Made by a program: the position numbers and the translations under genes. The notes under the pieces are model-generated. The model was not told where the DNA came from, did not search any database, and saw only the letters and a program-made list of their open reading frames with translations. A stretch of 35,511 nucleotides of DNA from SAR202 cluster bacterium (GTDB lineage Bacteria; Chloroflexota; Dehalococcoidia; Lucifugimonadales; JASMAO01), in the NCBI GenBank assembly GCA_030754315.1, contig JASMAO010000102.1:1-35511 (forward strand), in the 5' to 3' direction. This document shows positions 25,701 through 35,234 of the stretch, one piece after another (the stretch's first letter is position 1; each line of letters opens with the position of its first letter).

Positions 25701-27164
25701 TCAGATTTGAGGATGCTCAAGATGCCACTCTGTTGCCTGTTCGTATGCATAAGCTAACTGGAGCAGGGTATCTTCGGCCATATGATTGGTCATGATCTGA
25801 AGGCCTATAGGTAGGCCATCTGCTATCCCACACGGAACCGAAATAGCTGGAATGCCTGCTATGTTTGCCGGCTGTGTGAAGATGTCATTGAGGTACATTT
25901 GTACGGGGTCAGAGGTTTTTTCACCAAGCTTGAAACCCACAGTTGGTGTCGTTGGTGTGACTATAGCGTCAAATTTATCAAATGCCTGGTCGAATTCTCT
26001 TCGGATGAGGGTTCGAACTTTTTGTGCCTTCAGATAGTAGGCATCGTAATAGCCTGTAGATAATGCGTAGGTGCCTAGCATAATTCGCCGCTTCACCTCG
26101 GGACCGAATCCATCCTGGCGAGTTTTATCCAGTGCATCCCACATTCGACCCGTATCGGCTGCAGAATATCCATATTTCACACCGTCGTAGCGTGCTAGAT
26201 TCGCGGACGCTTCTGAGGGGGCGATGATGTAGTACACGGCCATGGCGTGTGACGAGGTGGGCAACGAAGTCTCTGACACACTTGCTCCAAGGTTCTCAAA
26301 AACCGAAATTGCTACATTTACTGCATCCCTAACTTCAGGCTGAACGCCTTCGACGAAATATTCTTTAGGGATACCTATTTTGAGCCCCTTTATTTCCTTG
26401 CCCAGCGCCGCAGTGTAGTCAGGTACATCGAATGGTATTGAAGTCGAGTCATGCGGATCATGACCGGCTATGGTGTTTAGAACAATTGCTGCGTCGGTGA
26501 CGTCTTTGGTCAGGGGGCCTATCTGGTCCAAAGAACTGGCGAATGCAACTAGCCCATATCTGCTAACGACGCCATAGGTTGGCTTCAGGCCTACAATTCC
26601 ACAAAAGGAGGCTGGTTGTCGGATGCTACCACCGGTATCTGAACCCAGCGCATAAATGCATTCTCCTGCCGCTACAGCTGCTGCTGGGCCACCGCTGCTG
26701 CCTCCAGGTACGCGTTCACCATCCCAGGGGTTGTGTGTAGGGAAGAAAGCCGAGTTCTCAGTTGACGACCCCATAGCGAACTCGTCCAAATTGCCCTTGC
26801 CAATTAGGACCGCTCCTTCATCAAATAATCTTTTGGTCACTGTAGCGTCATAGGTAGGCAGGTAGGTTTTTAGCATAAGAGAGGAGCATGTCGTGCTGAT
26901 CCCTCTGGTACACATGTTGTCCTTGAGCTGCATGGGTATGCCTGTCAATTGGTGTGCGTTGCCTGTAGCTATGCGGGCATCAGCTTGATCGGCTTGTTTG
27001 ATTGCCATGTCCTTTGTCACGGTAACAAAGGCACGAATTGTCTCTTCTACCCTACTGATGCGGTTAAGAACAGCATTGGTTAGTTCTGTAGAAGAGGCTT
27101 CGCGACTGGCTAGTAGATCAGCAGCCTTTCGGACAGTCAAACTCGGAATGTTTTCAGCGTGCAT
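25701..27164 (-). CDS. gatA: Glu/Asp-tRNA amidotransferase subunit A
   Basis: Amidase signature [14 protein letters not shown]...[12 protein letters not shown]. It lies immediately downstream of gatC. Confidence 0.95.
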   Translation of the reverse strand: MHAENIPSLTVRKAADLLASREASSTELTNAVLNRISRVEETIRAFVTVTKDMAIKQADQADARIATGNAHQLTGIPMQLKDNMCTRGISTTCSSLMLKTYLPTYDATVTKRLFDEGAVLIGKGNLDEFAMGSSTENSAFFPTHNPWDGERVPGGSSGGPAAAVAAGECIYALGSDTGGSIRQPASFCGIVGLKPTYGVVSRYGLVAFASSLDQIGPLTKDVTDAAIVLNTIAGHDPHDSTSIPFDVPDYTAALGKEIKGLKIGIPKEYFVEGVQPEVRDAVNVAISVFENLGASVSETSLPTSSHAMAVYYIIAPSEASANLARYDGVKYGYSAADTGRMWDALDKTRQDGFGPEVKRRIMLGTYALSTGYYDAYYLKAQKVRTLIRREFDQAFDKFDAIVTPTTPTVGFKLGEKTSDPVQMYLNDIFTQPANIAGIPAISVPCGIADGLPIGLQIMTNHMAEDTLLQLAYAYEQATEWHLEHPQI

Positions 27165-27165
27165 A

Positions 27166-27453
27166 CTACTCTAGCACCGCCCTTATCCTGATAAATTCAT
27201 CTTCAACCTGCGGGGCATTTTTCAATATTTCTTTCTTAGGGCGGGATGGTTCAACTGTATCGTCGCGCATTACCGACTGAAGGTTCGCTGAATGACCTGT
27301 GGGTTCTATGTTTTTGGTATCCACTTGTTCCAGTGACTTGAACTGTTCCAAGATATTTGAGAGTTGATCTCGCATTAGTTCAGTCTCATCGTCTGACATT
27401 CCGAGTCGCGCAAGATGTGCTACATGTTTCACTTCATCGGATGTTAGTCGCAT
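27166..27453 (-). CDS. gatC: Glu/Asp-tRNA amidotransferase subunit C
   Basis: 95-aa protein with V.HVA.LARL...E and a LEQVDT-type motif. Its stop lies 1 nt from the gatA start. Confidence 0.9.
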   Translation of the reverse strand: MRLTSDEVKHVAHLARLGMSDDETELMRDQLSNILEQFKSLEQVDTKNIEPTGHSANLQSVMRDDTVEPSRPKKEILKNAPQVEDEFIRIRAVLE

Positions 27454-27621
27454 CGTAACCCCCTACTCAACGTCGGCGGCAGTTTAGCAAACGCAATTGC
27501 AAGTCATCAAGGCGCGATTGACCAGTGGCCAAAATCTTATGAGGAATCTAGGCACACTACCGAATTTTCGTAACCACCAGAAAGAATCATTGTAGTACAA
27601 GCAACTCAATTCTGTGTTTGG

Positions 27622-29442
27622 CTATTGTAATGGAAGAATTATGCGCGACGGATGATTTGTGTCATGGTAGACGGTCTGCTGAGCGATCTCATAGTTATTG
27701 TCACTCCCTAACGTGCCGCCGGTGTTGTGGTTCACGTCGAAGCGAGGCCAATTGCTGCTGCTGATATCCAGCCTAATTCTGTGGCCTGTCCTGAACACAA
27801 CTGAAGTCGGATATAATTCGAAGACGAATTCGTACTCTTTGCCGGGTGTCATCATCTCTGGTTTTTCCCATCCGTTTCGGTATCTTGCTCGTATTATCGA
27901 GTCAGTGATATTAATTGCCAAACCATCTGGATAGTCCCCCGAGGGAGGGTGTACGTCTACGAGTTTGGCTGTGAAATCGGTGTCTATTGCTGATGATGAG
28001 GCCCATAGACGCATCTCGACAGGCCCAGTGGCCTCCACATCTGTTTCTAAGGGGGGCGTTTGAAAGCTAAGGATGTCGCTGCGTAGGTTTAAGGGTAGTG
28101 TGTCTGTACATCCGTGGAAGTCAGAACGGCCTCTCTGATCGAATCCTCCAGGAGGCATTACCTGGTCGGCCGCTGATATGCCACCACCTATGGTAGGGAC
28201 AGGATTTCGGGGGTCATATGTGAATCCAGTTGAAGATGAAGTTTCCGCCGTCGGCGAGGTCTTCAACAGTGAAAGATCTTTGTGTAGATAGAAGGAAGTG
28301 AATTTAGTTTCAGGTAGCGGCCAATCTAACTCTGATCGCCATTGTCCGCCGTAGTTGATAAAGCCTTCGTAGTTAGGACGTTGTTCACCCGTGCCCATCG
28401 TGAATATACGCACAGGTGTCCAGTCTGACATCTCACTACGCAACCCTTTCAGATAGTGATCGAACCATCCCAGTCTCAAGTCATTGTAGTCGACGTGTGA
28501 ATCATTCCCGAAGTCTAAATCTCCCGAAAATGTCACATTCCACCCCCCATGAGTCCATGGGCCCATCATAAGACGTTGCGATGTTTTTTTCCGCTGACTG
28601 AGATGGATGTAGTTTTCGCAGGATGCCCGTGCGTATGAGTCGTACCAACCTCCGACGTAAAGGGTGGGTACGTCTGCGTGCTCGTCGTAATATTCTGATA
28701 TCGCATATCCACGTTGCTTCCAATAGTCGTCGTAGTCTCCGTGCTTCATTATGTCCATGGCCCATTGTTCATATGAAGGAAACAGTCTCAGGACCGTGGC
28801 GTCTTTCTTGAGGGGGTATGTATTTAGAAGCTGATGTAATTTGTCGGGATACACTTCGTCTATCGCGGCCTTCAACTCCGGGTTTGCGAGAGCCTCTTTA
28901 CTTGTTGAGGCCATGCGAAAAATGTAAGTGTGAAACCTTTGTTCGAGCGTACCATTATGTCTCATGGAGGCGTGGTAGTAATTGGAGGCACCTACAGAAA
29001 CGATCATTGTTGTTAGGTGTGGTGGATTTAAGGTAGCCAATGCGGATTGATCGCTTCCACAGTACGATCCTCCCATAGTGCCCACTTTCCCATTACTCCA
29101 TGGCTGTGTCCCAATATTTTCTACCGTGTCATACCCGTCTGGAGCTTCTTTGGCGAATGGATACCAATCCCCCTCCGATTTGAAACGTCCACGCACGTCT
29201 TGAATCGCGCATACGTATCCACGCCGCGCAAAATATTTTCCGGCAGTCACGTTTGTCGGAGACGCTTTGTCGTAAGGTGTGCGTTCGAGTATCACTGGGA
29301 ACTGGCCGTCCGATTTCACCCGATCAATCGCTGGGAAGTAGAAATCGGTGGCCAATCGAGTACCATCACGCATTTCCAACATGACGTTTCGATCGCAAAT
29401 AGAATCGTAATTCTGAGCTGACCCTTCGTATGTTGCGTGCAT
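27622..29442 (-). CDS. CocE/NonD-family (S15 X-Pro dipeptidyl-peptidase-like) serine hydrolase
   Basis: Family-typical segments ML.MRDG..L..D.Y.P, TPY.K and the nucleophile elbow MGGSYCG, plus a C-terminal jelly-roll region (RIRLDISSSNWPRFD). No signal peptide. Confidence 0.8.
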   Translation of the reverse strand: MHATYEGSAQNYDSICDRNVMLEMRDGTRLATDFYFPAIDRVKSDGQFPVILERTPYDKASPTNVTAGKYFARRGYVCAIQDVRGRFKSEGDWYPFAKEAPDGYDTVENIGTQPWSNGKVGTMGGSYCGSDQSALATLNPPHLTTMIVSVGASNYYHASMRHNGTLEQRFHTYIFRMASTSKEALANPELKAAIDEVYPDKLHQLLNTYPLKKDATVLRLFPSYEQWAMDIMKHGDYDDYWKQRGYAISEYYDEHADVPTLYVGGWYDSYARASCENYIHLSQRKKTSQRLMMGPWTHGGWNVTFSGDLDFGNDSHVDYNDLRLGWFDHYLKGLRSEMSDWTPVRIFTMGTGEQRPNYEGFINYGGQWRSELDWPLPETKFTSFYLHKDLSLLKTSPTAETSSSTGFTYDPRNPVPTIGGGISAADQVMPPGGFDQRGRSDFHGCTDTLPLNLRSDILSFQTPPLETDVEATGPVEMRLWASSSAIDTDFTAKLVDVHPPSGDYPDGLAINITDSIIRARYRNGWEKPEMMTPGKEYEFVFELYPTSVVFRTGHRIRLDISSSNWPRFDVNHNTGGTLGSDNNYEIAQQTVYHDTNHPSRIILPLQ

Positions 29443-29548
29443 TGCTGCTCCTCCGAATTGAATAAATCGTTTCTAGACGGTACTGTACTTGTTAGGGGAA
29501 TTCGACAACTTGTTTTGTTGTTAAATAGTTTTTTGGTTAACGAACCCC

Positions 29549-31876
29549 CTAGGTTGTCTGCAATTCCTGCACTTCCATCCCCTCTAATGTTTCCCATTCC
29601 CATAACATTGGTATAAGGTCGCCTTGTGACCAGATGGGGGTTTGGTCTGCATAGTGGTCACTTCCGGGGTGTCCCGATGCTCCCAGAGGTACAACCCAGC
29701 GCGAATTGCTCCAGTTACTGGGGTCGAAGACGTACCGCGCTACGGATGTTCCGGTCACGGTATATGGATCACCCAAGGAATAACTCGCTGATTGTGGGGT
29801 GTCTCCATCACCGCTCATAGAGACAGATGGTGGGTCTAGTATTTGTGCAAGTTCTGGGACAGAAGAGGAAAGGGTATGCGCGGGATTGGTACCGTGAATA
29901 GCGCCCCAGGTCCAGGTTTTGATGTCGGTACCTAGTTGATTTGCAAGCGATTCTACCGCGTTTTCTAGGGCCTCAGAGAGTAGCGATCGCCAAGTGGTTT
30001 TGGGTGGGAGCCAATCGGCATTTTCTTCAATGATCATGCCAACGATCATTGATCGTAAATGACCTACGTGGAATGGCGCCCCTCTGCCTGTGGCCTTCTC
30101 CGCTTCATCAAACAGAGGTCCAAGTAGGTGGCGCAATATGGGGCGGTCCAAATTCAACCGCATCTCGCTATAGATAGCTGCTTCAGCTGAATCCTGTTCC
30201 ATAGCGCCATCCCATTGCATCAACATCTCTTTGGCTTTCAGTGTGAGATTACCCGTTGGCCTGATGTGGGAAAGGAGAGAGATGTAGGCATGAGCCGGGA
30301 TCGAGATGCGGTCAGCATGGACCGACTGCATGTCAGACACAGTGGCCGCAGTCATCTTCTTCAAACGCTCGGTAATTCGGCGTGCGCGAAAATCGGCTGA
30401 GAAGAACAATCCGATGTAATGTGGATAGTCGTCCCCTATGATTCGGTTGTTGGCGGTCACTATGTAGCCAGTTTCGGGGTTCCTGATCCTGGGCATTTCT
30501 TCAAAAGGTATGGTTCCTGTCCACTCATGATCTCCTGTCCATCCCGGAACTGGCATCCACGCATTGGCCTCCGATCGAATTGGTATCTTTCCCCTGGTAA
30601 GGTAGGAGATATCTCCATGGATATCGACGAAGACGAAGTTATTGCAGGGGTCGGTCCAGTTTCGCATCGATTCGTCATGTTCATTCACATTGGTCGATTT
30701 CAGCATCTGAAGTATGGACTGTGAACCCAAATTTGGTTCGGATGTAGCGGAGTATTTGAAGGCACCACCATATCCGGATTCAGGTTCGCTGATAATTATA
30801 GGCCCGTGGTGTGTAACAGTAACGTCGATTTCCACAGGAGTGCTGCCTTTCACAACGATCTTTTCACGTCGTATGTCTGCCTTTAGCCACTCACCTTTGA
30901 ATTTGTACTGGGTGGGATTATCTTGGTTAAATTGCTCGATATAGATGTCTTGGTAATCAGCGGCGGCGTGTGTTATACACCAGGCCACATAGTCGTTATG
31001 CCCGAAGTGTGGAAAGCCGGGGAAACCAGGGAAAGATAGTCCTATCGTGTTGAATTCAGGACAAGCGATATGGTTTTGGTAATAGACGTTGGGTGTGTCT
31101 AGTGAGCGATGAGGATCGCCAGCGAGCAGCGGTTTTCCAGAGGCGGTTCGGTTTCCGTGGACGGCCCAGTTATTACTGCCTGAGTCACCGTCGCCAAGCA
31201 TACTAAGGTGTTTGGCTGCTGTGCTAAATATCGGTAACGGGCCGGTACTTATTCCGTCTTGTTGGGCACCTGGCGGTACTATAATCAAATCCTTTTTGGA
31301 GTCTCGTCGTAGTAATTCGGAGGCTTGTTGAACACCGAGTTGATTGACAAGACGGCCTCGCCATAGCTTTACATCGAATCCACCCATTAAGATATGTCTA
31401 GCTTTGTAAACAGCGAGACAATCCCATGGTTGCCATCGCTCTGGAGTATTTCCCACAAGGGCGTATTCGACGGGTAACGTTTTGGTGTTTTGGATGAATG
31501 AGTTAACCCCCTCTGCATATGCGTTGAGCATTGCAACTGTATCGCTGTCAACTGCATCATAATCTGCTTTTACCGAGGGCAGTATTTGGAATTTACGCAT
31601 CTGGATATCTTCGGCCAGGCTCTCTGCCCCGGTGTATTCTGACCATCGTCCGTATGCTCGACGTCGATCATAGTCCATGTGCCATAGGCGGTCTTGCGCG
31701 GTTGCGAATGCCTGTCCAAAAAAAGCATCGTGTACCGTGCTCGCTTTGACATGCGGGATTCCGTAATCGTCACGGTAAATACGTATGGTGGCGTCGAGTC
31801 CATCTATACTTACTGAGGTATTCGTATCAGGCAACCCCATCTTGAGATCATCTTTACTTTTTGGTGTGGCATTCAT
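29549..31876 (-). CDS. Penicillin/cephalosporin/AHL acylase-family Ntn hydrolase (S45)
   Basis: Alpha-subunit start IRIYRDDYGIPHV, QDRLWHMD motif, and the beta-subunit nucleophile context G-SNNWAV (Ser codon at 31177-31175). No signal peptide. Confidence 0.85.
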   Translation of the reverse strand: MNATPKSKDDLKMGLPDTNTSVSIDGLDATIRIYRDDYGIPHVKASTVHDAFFGQAFATAQDRLWHMDYDRRRAYGRWSEYTGAESLAEDIQMRKFQILPSVKADYDAVDSDTVAMLNAYAEGVNSFIQNTKTLPVEYALVGNTPERWQPWDCLAVYKARHILMGGFDVKLWRGRLVNQLGVQQASELLRRDSKKDLIIVPPGAQQDGISTGPLPIFSTAAKHLSMLGDGDSGSNNWAVHGNRTASGKPLLAGDPHRSLDTPNVYYQNHIACPEFNTIGLSFPGFPGFPHFGHNDYVAWCITHAAADYQDIYIEQFNQDNPTQYKFKGEWLKADIRREKIVVKGSTPVEIDVTVTHHGPIIISEPESGYGGAFKYSATSEPNLGSQSILQMLKSTNVNEHDESMRNWTDPCNNFVFVDIHGDISYLTRGKIPIRSEANAWMPVPGWTGDHEWTGTIPFEEMPRIRNPETGYIVTANNRIIGDDYPHYIGLFFSADFRARRITERLKKMTAATVSDMQSVHADRISIPAHAYISLLSHIRPTGNLTLKAKEMLMQWDGAMEQDSAEAAIYSEMRLNLDRPILRHLLGPLFDEAEKATGRGAPFHVGHLRSMIVGMIIEENADWLPPKTTWRSLLSEALENAVESLANQLGTDIKTWTWGAIHGTNPAHTLSSSVPELAQILDPPSVSMSGDGDTPQSASYSLGDPYTVTGTSVARYVFDPSNWSNSRWVVPLGASGHPGSDHYADQTPIWSQGDLIPMLWEWETLEGMEVQELQTT

Positions 31877-32185
31877 AGTTATGCTCCTCTACAAAATCGA
31901 GGGTCAAATTCAGCACCGACTCGTTTTAAAACATCACAGAGCTAGACTTATTGGCAGTGTATGGCTGCATTTTAATACGGTCAAGCAAATGTCAAATGGA
32001 TCTCATCTACCAAGAGTAGTTGGAGAATGACTGATACTTATGAAGCTTCCTGGTAGAGAACCCATCAAAATAATTCATTGGAAATATTACCTTCCCAGGT
32101 TTCGGTGTTTACAACATGGATCTGGTCGTTAAATAGCATTTTGTAATGTGATATTGTTCTTGTCCAATGGATGGAGGATGGAATC

Positions 32186-33049
32186 ATGTTAACTGTACAG
32201 GAAGCGATTGCTAATGTGCCTGGAGAAGTGCAATTTGTTGCCAAGCACATGGAATCTCTCCAAGAATTCAGCGGCGGTGCCAGTGGGATTTACCCTCCTG
32301 CTAGCACGTTTAAGGTGCCTATACTCGCCGAGCTTTATCGTCAAGTTGACGATGGCATTATTGACACACAGCGCCGGGTGGAGTTGACAGATGCAGATCG
32401 TTCTCCAGGCAGTGGGGTTCTAAAGGAAATGGCCAATGGATTGCGGCTCAGCATACATGATTTGGCCATGCTTATGATAATCATAAGTGACAACACGGCG
32501 ACTGACATACTTTACAACCTGATAGGCAGAGAACGACTCAATGATACGATGCGGGATCTCGGTTTGACCGAAACAAAACTTCCAATGTCATGTAGGGAAA
32601 TGTTATACAGCATGTTTGGTGTCAGTACTAACGACATTTCGTTGGGCAATGCTCAGGTAACTACCCGACTCGCCAGGCAAGAAATACTTCCTAATGCTGC
32701 AGGATTTTCTGAGGACCTGGGTAACGTTTCTTCTCCATCGGATATGATGAGGTTGCTAGAGGTTATCTACACTGGCGGGATGCACTCCTCTAAGTCGAGA
32801 GACGAGATGATGAATATTCTTGATCACCAACAACAAAACACCATAATTCCAGCAGATTTACCCTTGGGTACAATTGTTGCCCATAAGACTGGTGGTGTGC
32901 CTTCGGTGCGTTGTGACGTCGGTATAGTTTTTTCTCCCTCTGGACCCTACATAGGTTCGATAATGTCCAAGCACGTTACAGATATGAAGGTTATCGACCG
33001 TCGTCTCGCCGCGGTCTCGAGGGCGGTATACGACCATTTCAATCCTTAA
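32186..33049 (+). CDS. Class A beta-lactamase-like serine hydrolase, predicted cytoplasmic
   Basis: S-x-x-K as STFK (32303-32314), SDN as ISDNTA, KTG as HKTGG. The start is ATG 32186, 6 nt after GGAGGA (32174-32179). No signal peptide. Confidence 0.75.
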   Translation: MLTVQEAIANVPGEVQFVAKHMESLQEFSGGASGIYPPASTFKVPILAELYRQVDDGIIDTQRRVELTDADRSPGSGVLKEMANGLRLSIHDLAMLMIIISDNTATDILYNLIGRERLNDTMRDLGLTETKLPMSCREMLYSMFGVSTNDISLGNAQVTTRLARQEILPNAAGFSEDLGNVSSPSDMMRLLEVIYTGGMHSSKSRDEMMNILDHQQQNTIIPADLPLGTIVAHKTGGVPSVRCDVGIVFSPSGPYIGSIMSKHVTDMKVIDRRLAAVSRAVYDHFNP

Positions 33050-33107
33050 TTTTTGCGTAATTAGTAACGTGAATCAGTCTGAAATGAACTGTTTGAGACG
33101 ATCTCAC

Positions 33108-33923
33108 CTACGCTGTTGATATCGGCGTAGATGATCCTGGGTCTATGTTGAAAACTCCTGCCGCTGTTTTGCCAATAACCCATTCACGGTCATTGTTGTT
33201 AGCTAGGGCAGGATGATCCATGATTCCGTGCAGAGCGTTGCGATAGCCTTCTCTATTGCTGACAGGGGGAAAGTCGCTGCCCCACATCACACGGGTTGGG
33301 CCGAAAGATTCCAAGGCCATTTCTATCAGAGGTGGTGTGTGGTCCAGTCGAAACTCCGGACGTAGTATGGGCGGACGTGCACTGATTTCACCAAGGCCAC
33401 CTATTTTGATATACGTGTTCGGGTACTGTGCAAGTTTCATTGCTGCTTTGTAGGCTGTATATGGGGGATTTAGCTGACTATGTGCTCCAGCAAAGTGTTC
33501 AATCACAATTTTTAAATCCGGTATGCTTTGGACCAATTTACGGAACTGGTCAGAGGAAAATTCATCGATCTTTCCGAGACTGCTCACAGCGATACCAAGT
33601 TCCGATGCTTTGCGCCAAATTGCAAGAGGATCGGTTCCGGGTGTTCTTTCCATTGGGCCTAGCCGTATCGCTGTTACTCCCGCCTTAACCCAGTGATTCA
33701 GGGTTGTAGGGGCATTTTCTAGAGTCGTATCTACAATCGCAGCGACTGCGAATCGTTTCGGATATTGGCGTGCGCACTCGAGAAGGTATGTGTTGTCGTA
33801 CGTGCCCCCATGTTGAATAAGGACCGCTTTGTCCACATTGTTTTGGTCCATTTGAAAGACGAGGCTTTCTACAGGCTCGAACCAATTCAATCCGGCATGA
33901 GCATGCGCGTCCACAATTAGCAT
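33108..33923 (-). CDS. Amidohydrolase-2-like (TIM-barrel metal-dependent hydrolase/decarboxylase superfamily) protein
   Basis: MLIVDAHAH N-terminal metal motif, internal EHFAG (His), and C-terminal WGSDFP, which is typical of PF04909-type enzymes. Confidence 0.7.
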   Translation of the reverse strand: MLIVDAHAHAGLNWFEPVESLVFQMDQNNVDKAVLIQHGGTYDNTYLLECARQYPKRFAVAAIVDTTLENAPTTLNHWVKAGVTAIRLGPMERTPGTDPLAIWRKASELGIAVSSLGKIDEFSSDQFRKLVQSIPDLKIVIEHFAGAHSQLNPPYTAYKAAMKLAQYPNTYIKIGGLGEISARPPILRPEFRLDHTPPLIEMALESFGPTRVMWGSDFPPVSNREGYRNALHGIMDHPALANNNDREWVIGKTAAGVFNIDPGSSTPISTA

Positions 33924-34050
33924 GATGGTTTTCGGAAGGTGTGTTTATGGTTGCAAAAGATGTTTTGGGATGACATTACTGAGCCATTCTCGGTTCAACA
34001 AACATGACTAATTCTTCGAACTCGTTGATTTTCCAAGTGTGTTGTATACT

Positions 34051-35205
34051 CTATTGACGGGGAAGGGGAAGTTGCACAACTTCCCCTCGGGATGCGGAGA
34101 CATACCCTCCTAAAATGGCTTCAGTTAAAGGTGCAGCGACCTGCGCGGTTATAGCGGGGGATTTGTTTGACTCAATACAGTCAATGAAGGCAGAGATATC
34201 CTGTGCCATCACATTCGACTGGTCTAACGACACCCATCGTTGCTTTGGTGTAATGCTCAACTCAGCTAGTGTTGATGACCACATCCCACTCGGATCGAGA
34301 GGGTGCGTTGGTGGCATCTGGGAATCTGGCTCATCGTTATAAACTTCAATGCGTGGGCGAGAGTTGTCAAATGTCATACGGCCATGGGTTCCTATGAGTA
34401 CGATGCGTTGAGGCCCATTCCCGGGGTGGCTCATCCACCCGAACCGACCTCCAATTACCGTCGCGGTTAGCCCTCCTTCTAATGTTAGAGCCATCGCCCC
34501 GAAGTCCTCCACGTCCATTTCGACGTGCTCGGCGTGAAAGTAATTACTCGTTTGGCAGTAGACAGATTCTATTTTGTGGGATGTCAGCGCTCTCAGCATT
34601 GCCATACTGTATATGGTGACGTCAAACATCTCGCGCTTGCCTTCGATGAACGTATATTGCTGTGGATGTTCTGTTTCTTTACTTCGTATTGTGCCAGGAG
34701 GGATGCTGCCTGCACGTCCTTTGGAAAATAAACCCTCTATGTGTATAGCCTTTAGGTCGCCTATTTCGCCATCAACTACCGTTTTCTCCGCATCCCTAAC
34801 CCATGGCGACAAATTCTGACAGAACATCTGGGTTATCACTTTTGAGGAGTTCGCAGCATTCACTATAAGGTCTAGGTCTTCGACGGTGCCTGCCAGCGGT
34901 TTGTCAAAATAGACGTGCTTACCGGCTTCTATACAACGGGCGCCAATTCTGCCCCGTCGTTCTACTTGCGGTGTGGCACTGACGATGTCGATATCATCGC
35001 GTGCTAATGCCTTGTCGAGATCTGGTATGTATGGAATTCCATGGACCATTGCCAAATCTTCATTTAGTTTGGAGATCCACGCCGGGATGTTTGACTCGTC
35101 GGCTGCTGCTACCAGTCTGCAATGAGGATTGGCTGCAAAAATCTCTGCGTGGTTCTCTTGGTGAGTACGCATTCCGCCGATTAATAGAACGCCATACTTA
35201 CTCAT
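34051..35205 (-). CDS. Gfo/Idh/MocA-family oxidoreductase
   Basis: N-terminal Rossmann-like region (VLLIGGMRTHQENHAEIF...LVAAAD), KHVYFDKPL motif (family EKP type), and a C-terminal alpha/beta dimerisation-type region. Confidence 0.7.
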   Translation of the reverse strand: MSKYGVLLIGGMRTHQENHAEIFAANPHCRLVAAADESNIPAWISKLNEDLAMVHGIPYIPDLDKALARDDIDIVSATPQVERRGRIGARCIEAGKHVYFDKPLAGTVEDLDLIVNAANSSKVITQMFCQNLSPWVRDAEKTVVDGEIGDLKAIHIEGLFSKGRAGSIPPGTIRSKETEHPQQYTFIEGKREMFDVTIYSMAMLRALTSHKIESVYCQTSNYFHAEHVEMDVEDFGAMALTLEGGLTATVIGGRFGWMSHPGNGPQRIVLIGTHGRMTFDNSRPRIEVYNDEPDSQMPPTHPLDPSGMWSSTLAELSITPKQRWVSLDQSNVMAQDISAFIDCIESNKSPAITAQVAAPLTEAILGGYVSASRGEVVQLPLPRQ

Positions 35206-35234
35206 GGAAATTCAGTCTCGTAGTACGGAATTGG

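Noticed and set aside
25701-27453. gatC-gatA without an adjacent gatB
   Set aside because: Split gatCA and gatB loci are common in many bacteria, so this alone is not informative.
31785-32250. ORFs 31785-32030 (plus) and 32065-32250 (minus) in the acylase/beta-lactamase-like divergent region
   Set aside because: They have no RBS and no recognisable motifs. They overlap the neighbouring gene starts and the probable promoter region, so the region is better treated as non-coding.
34065-34086. Perfect 9-bp hairpin GGGGAAGTT-gcac-AACTTCCCC
   Set aside because: It lies inside the last codons of the Gfo/Idh/MocA CDS and has no U-tract on the transcribed strand. It is at most an mRNA 3'-end stabiliser and not a clear terminator.
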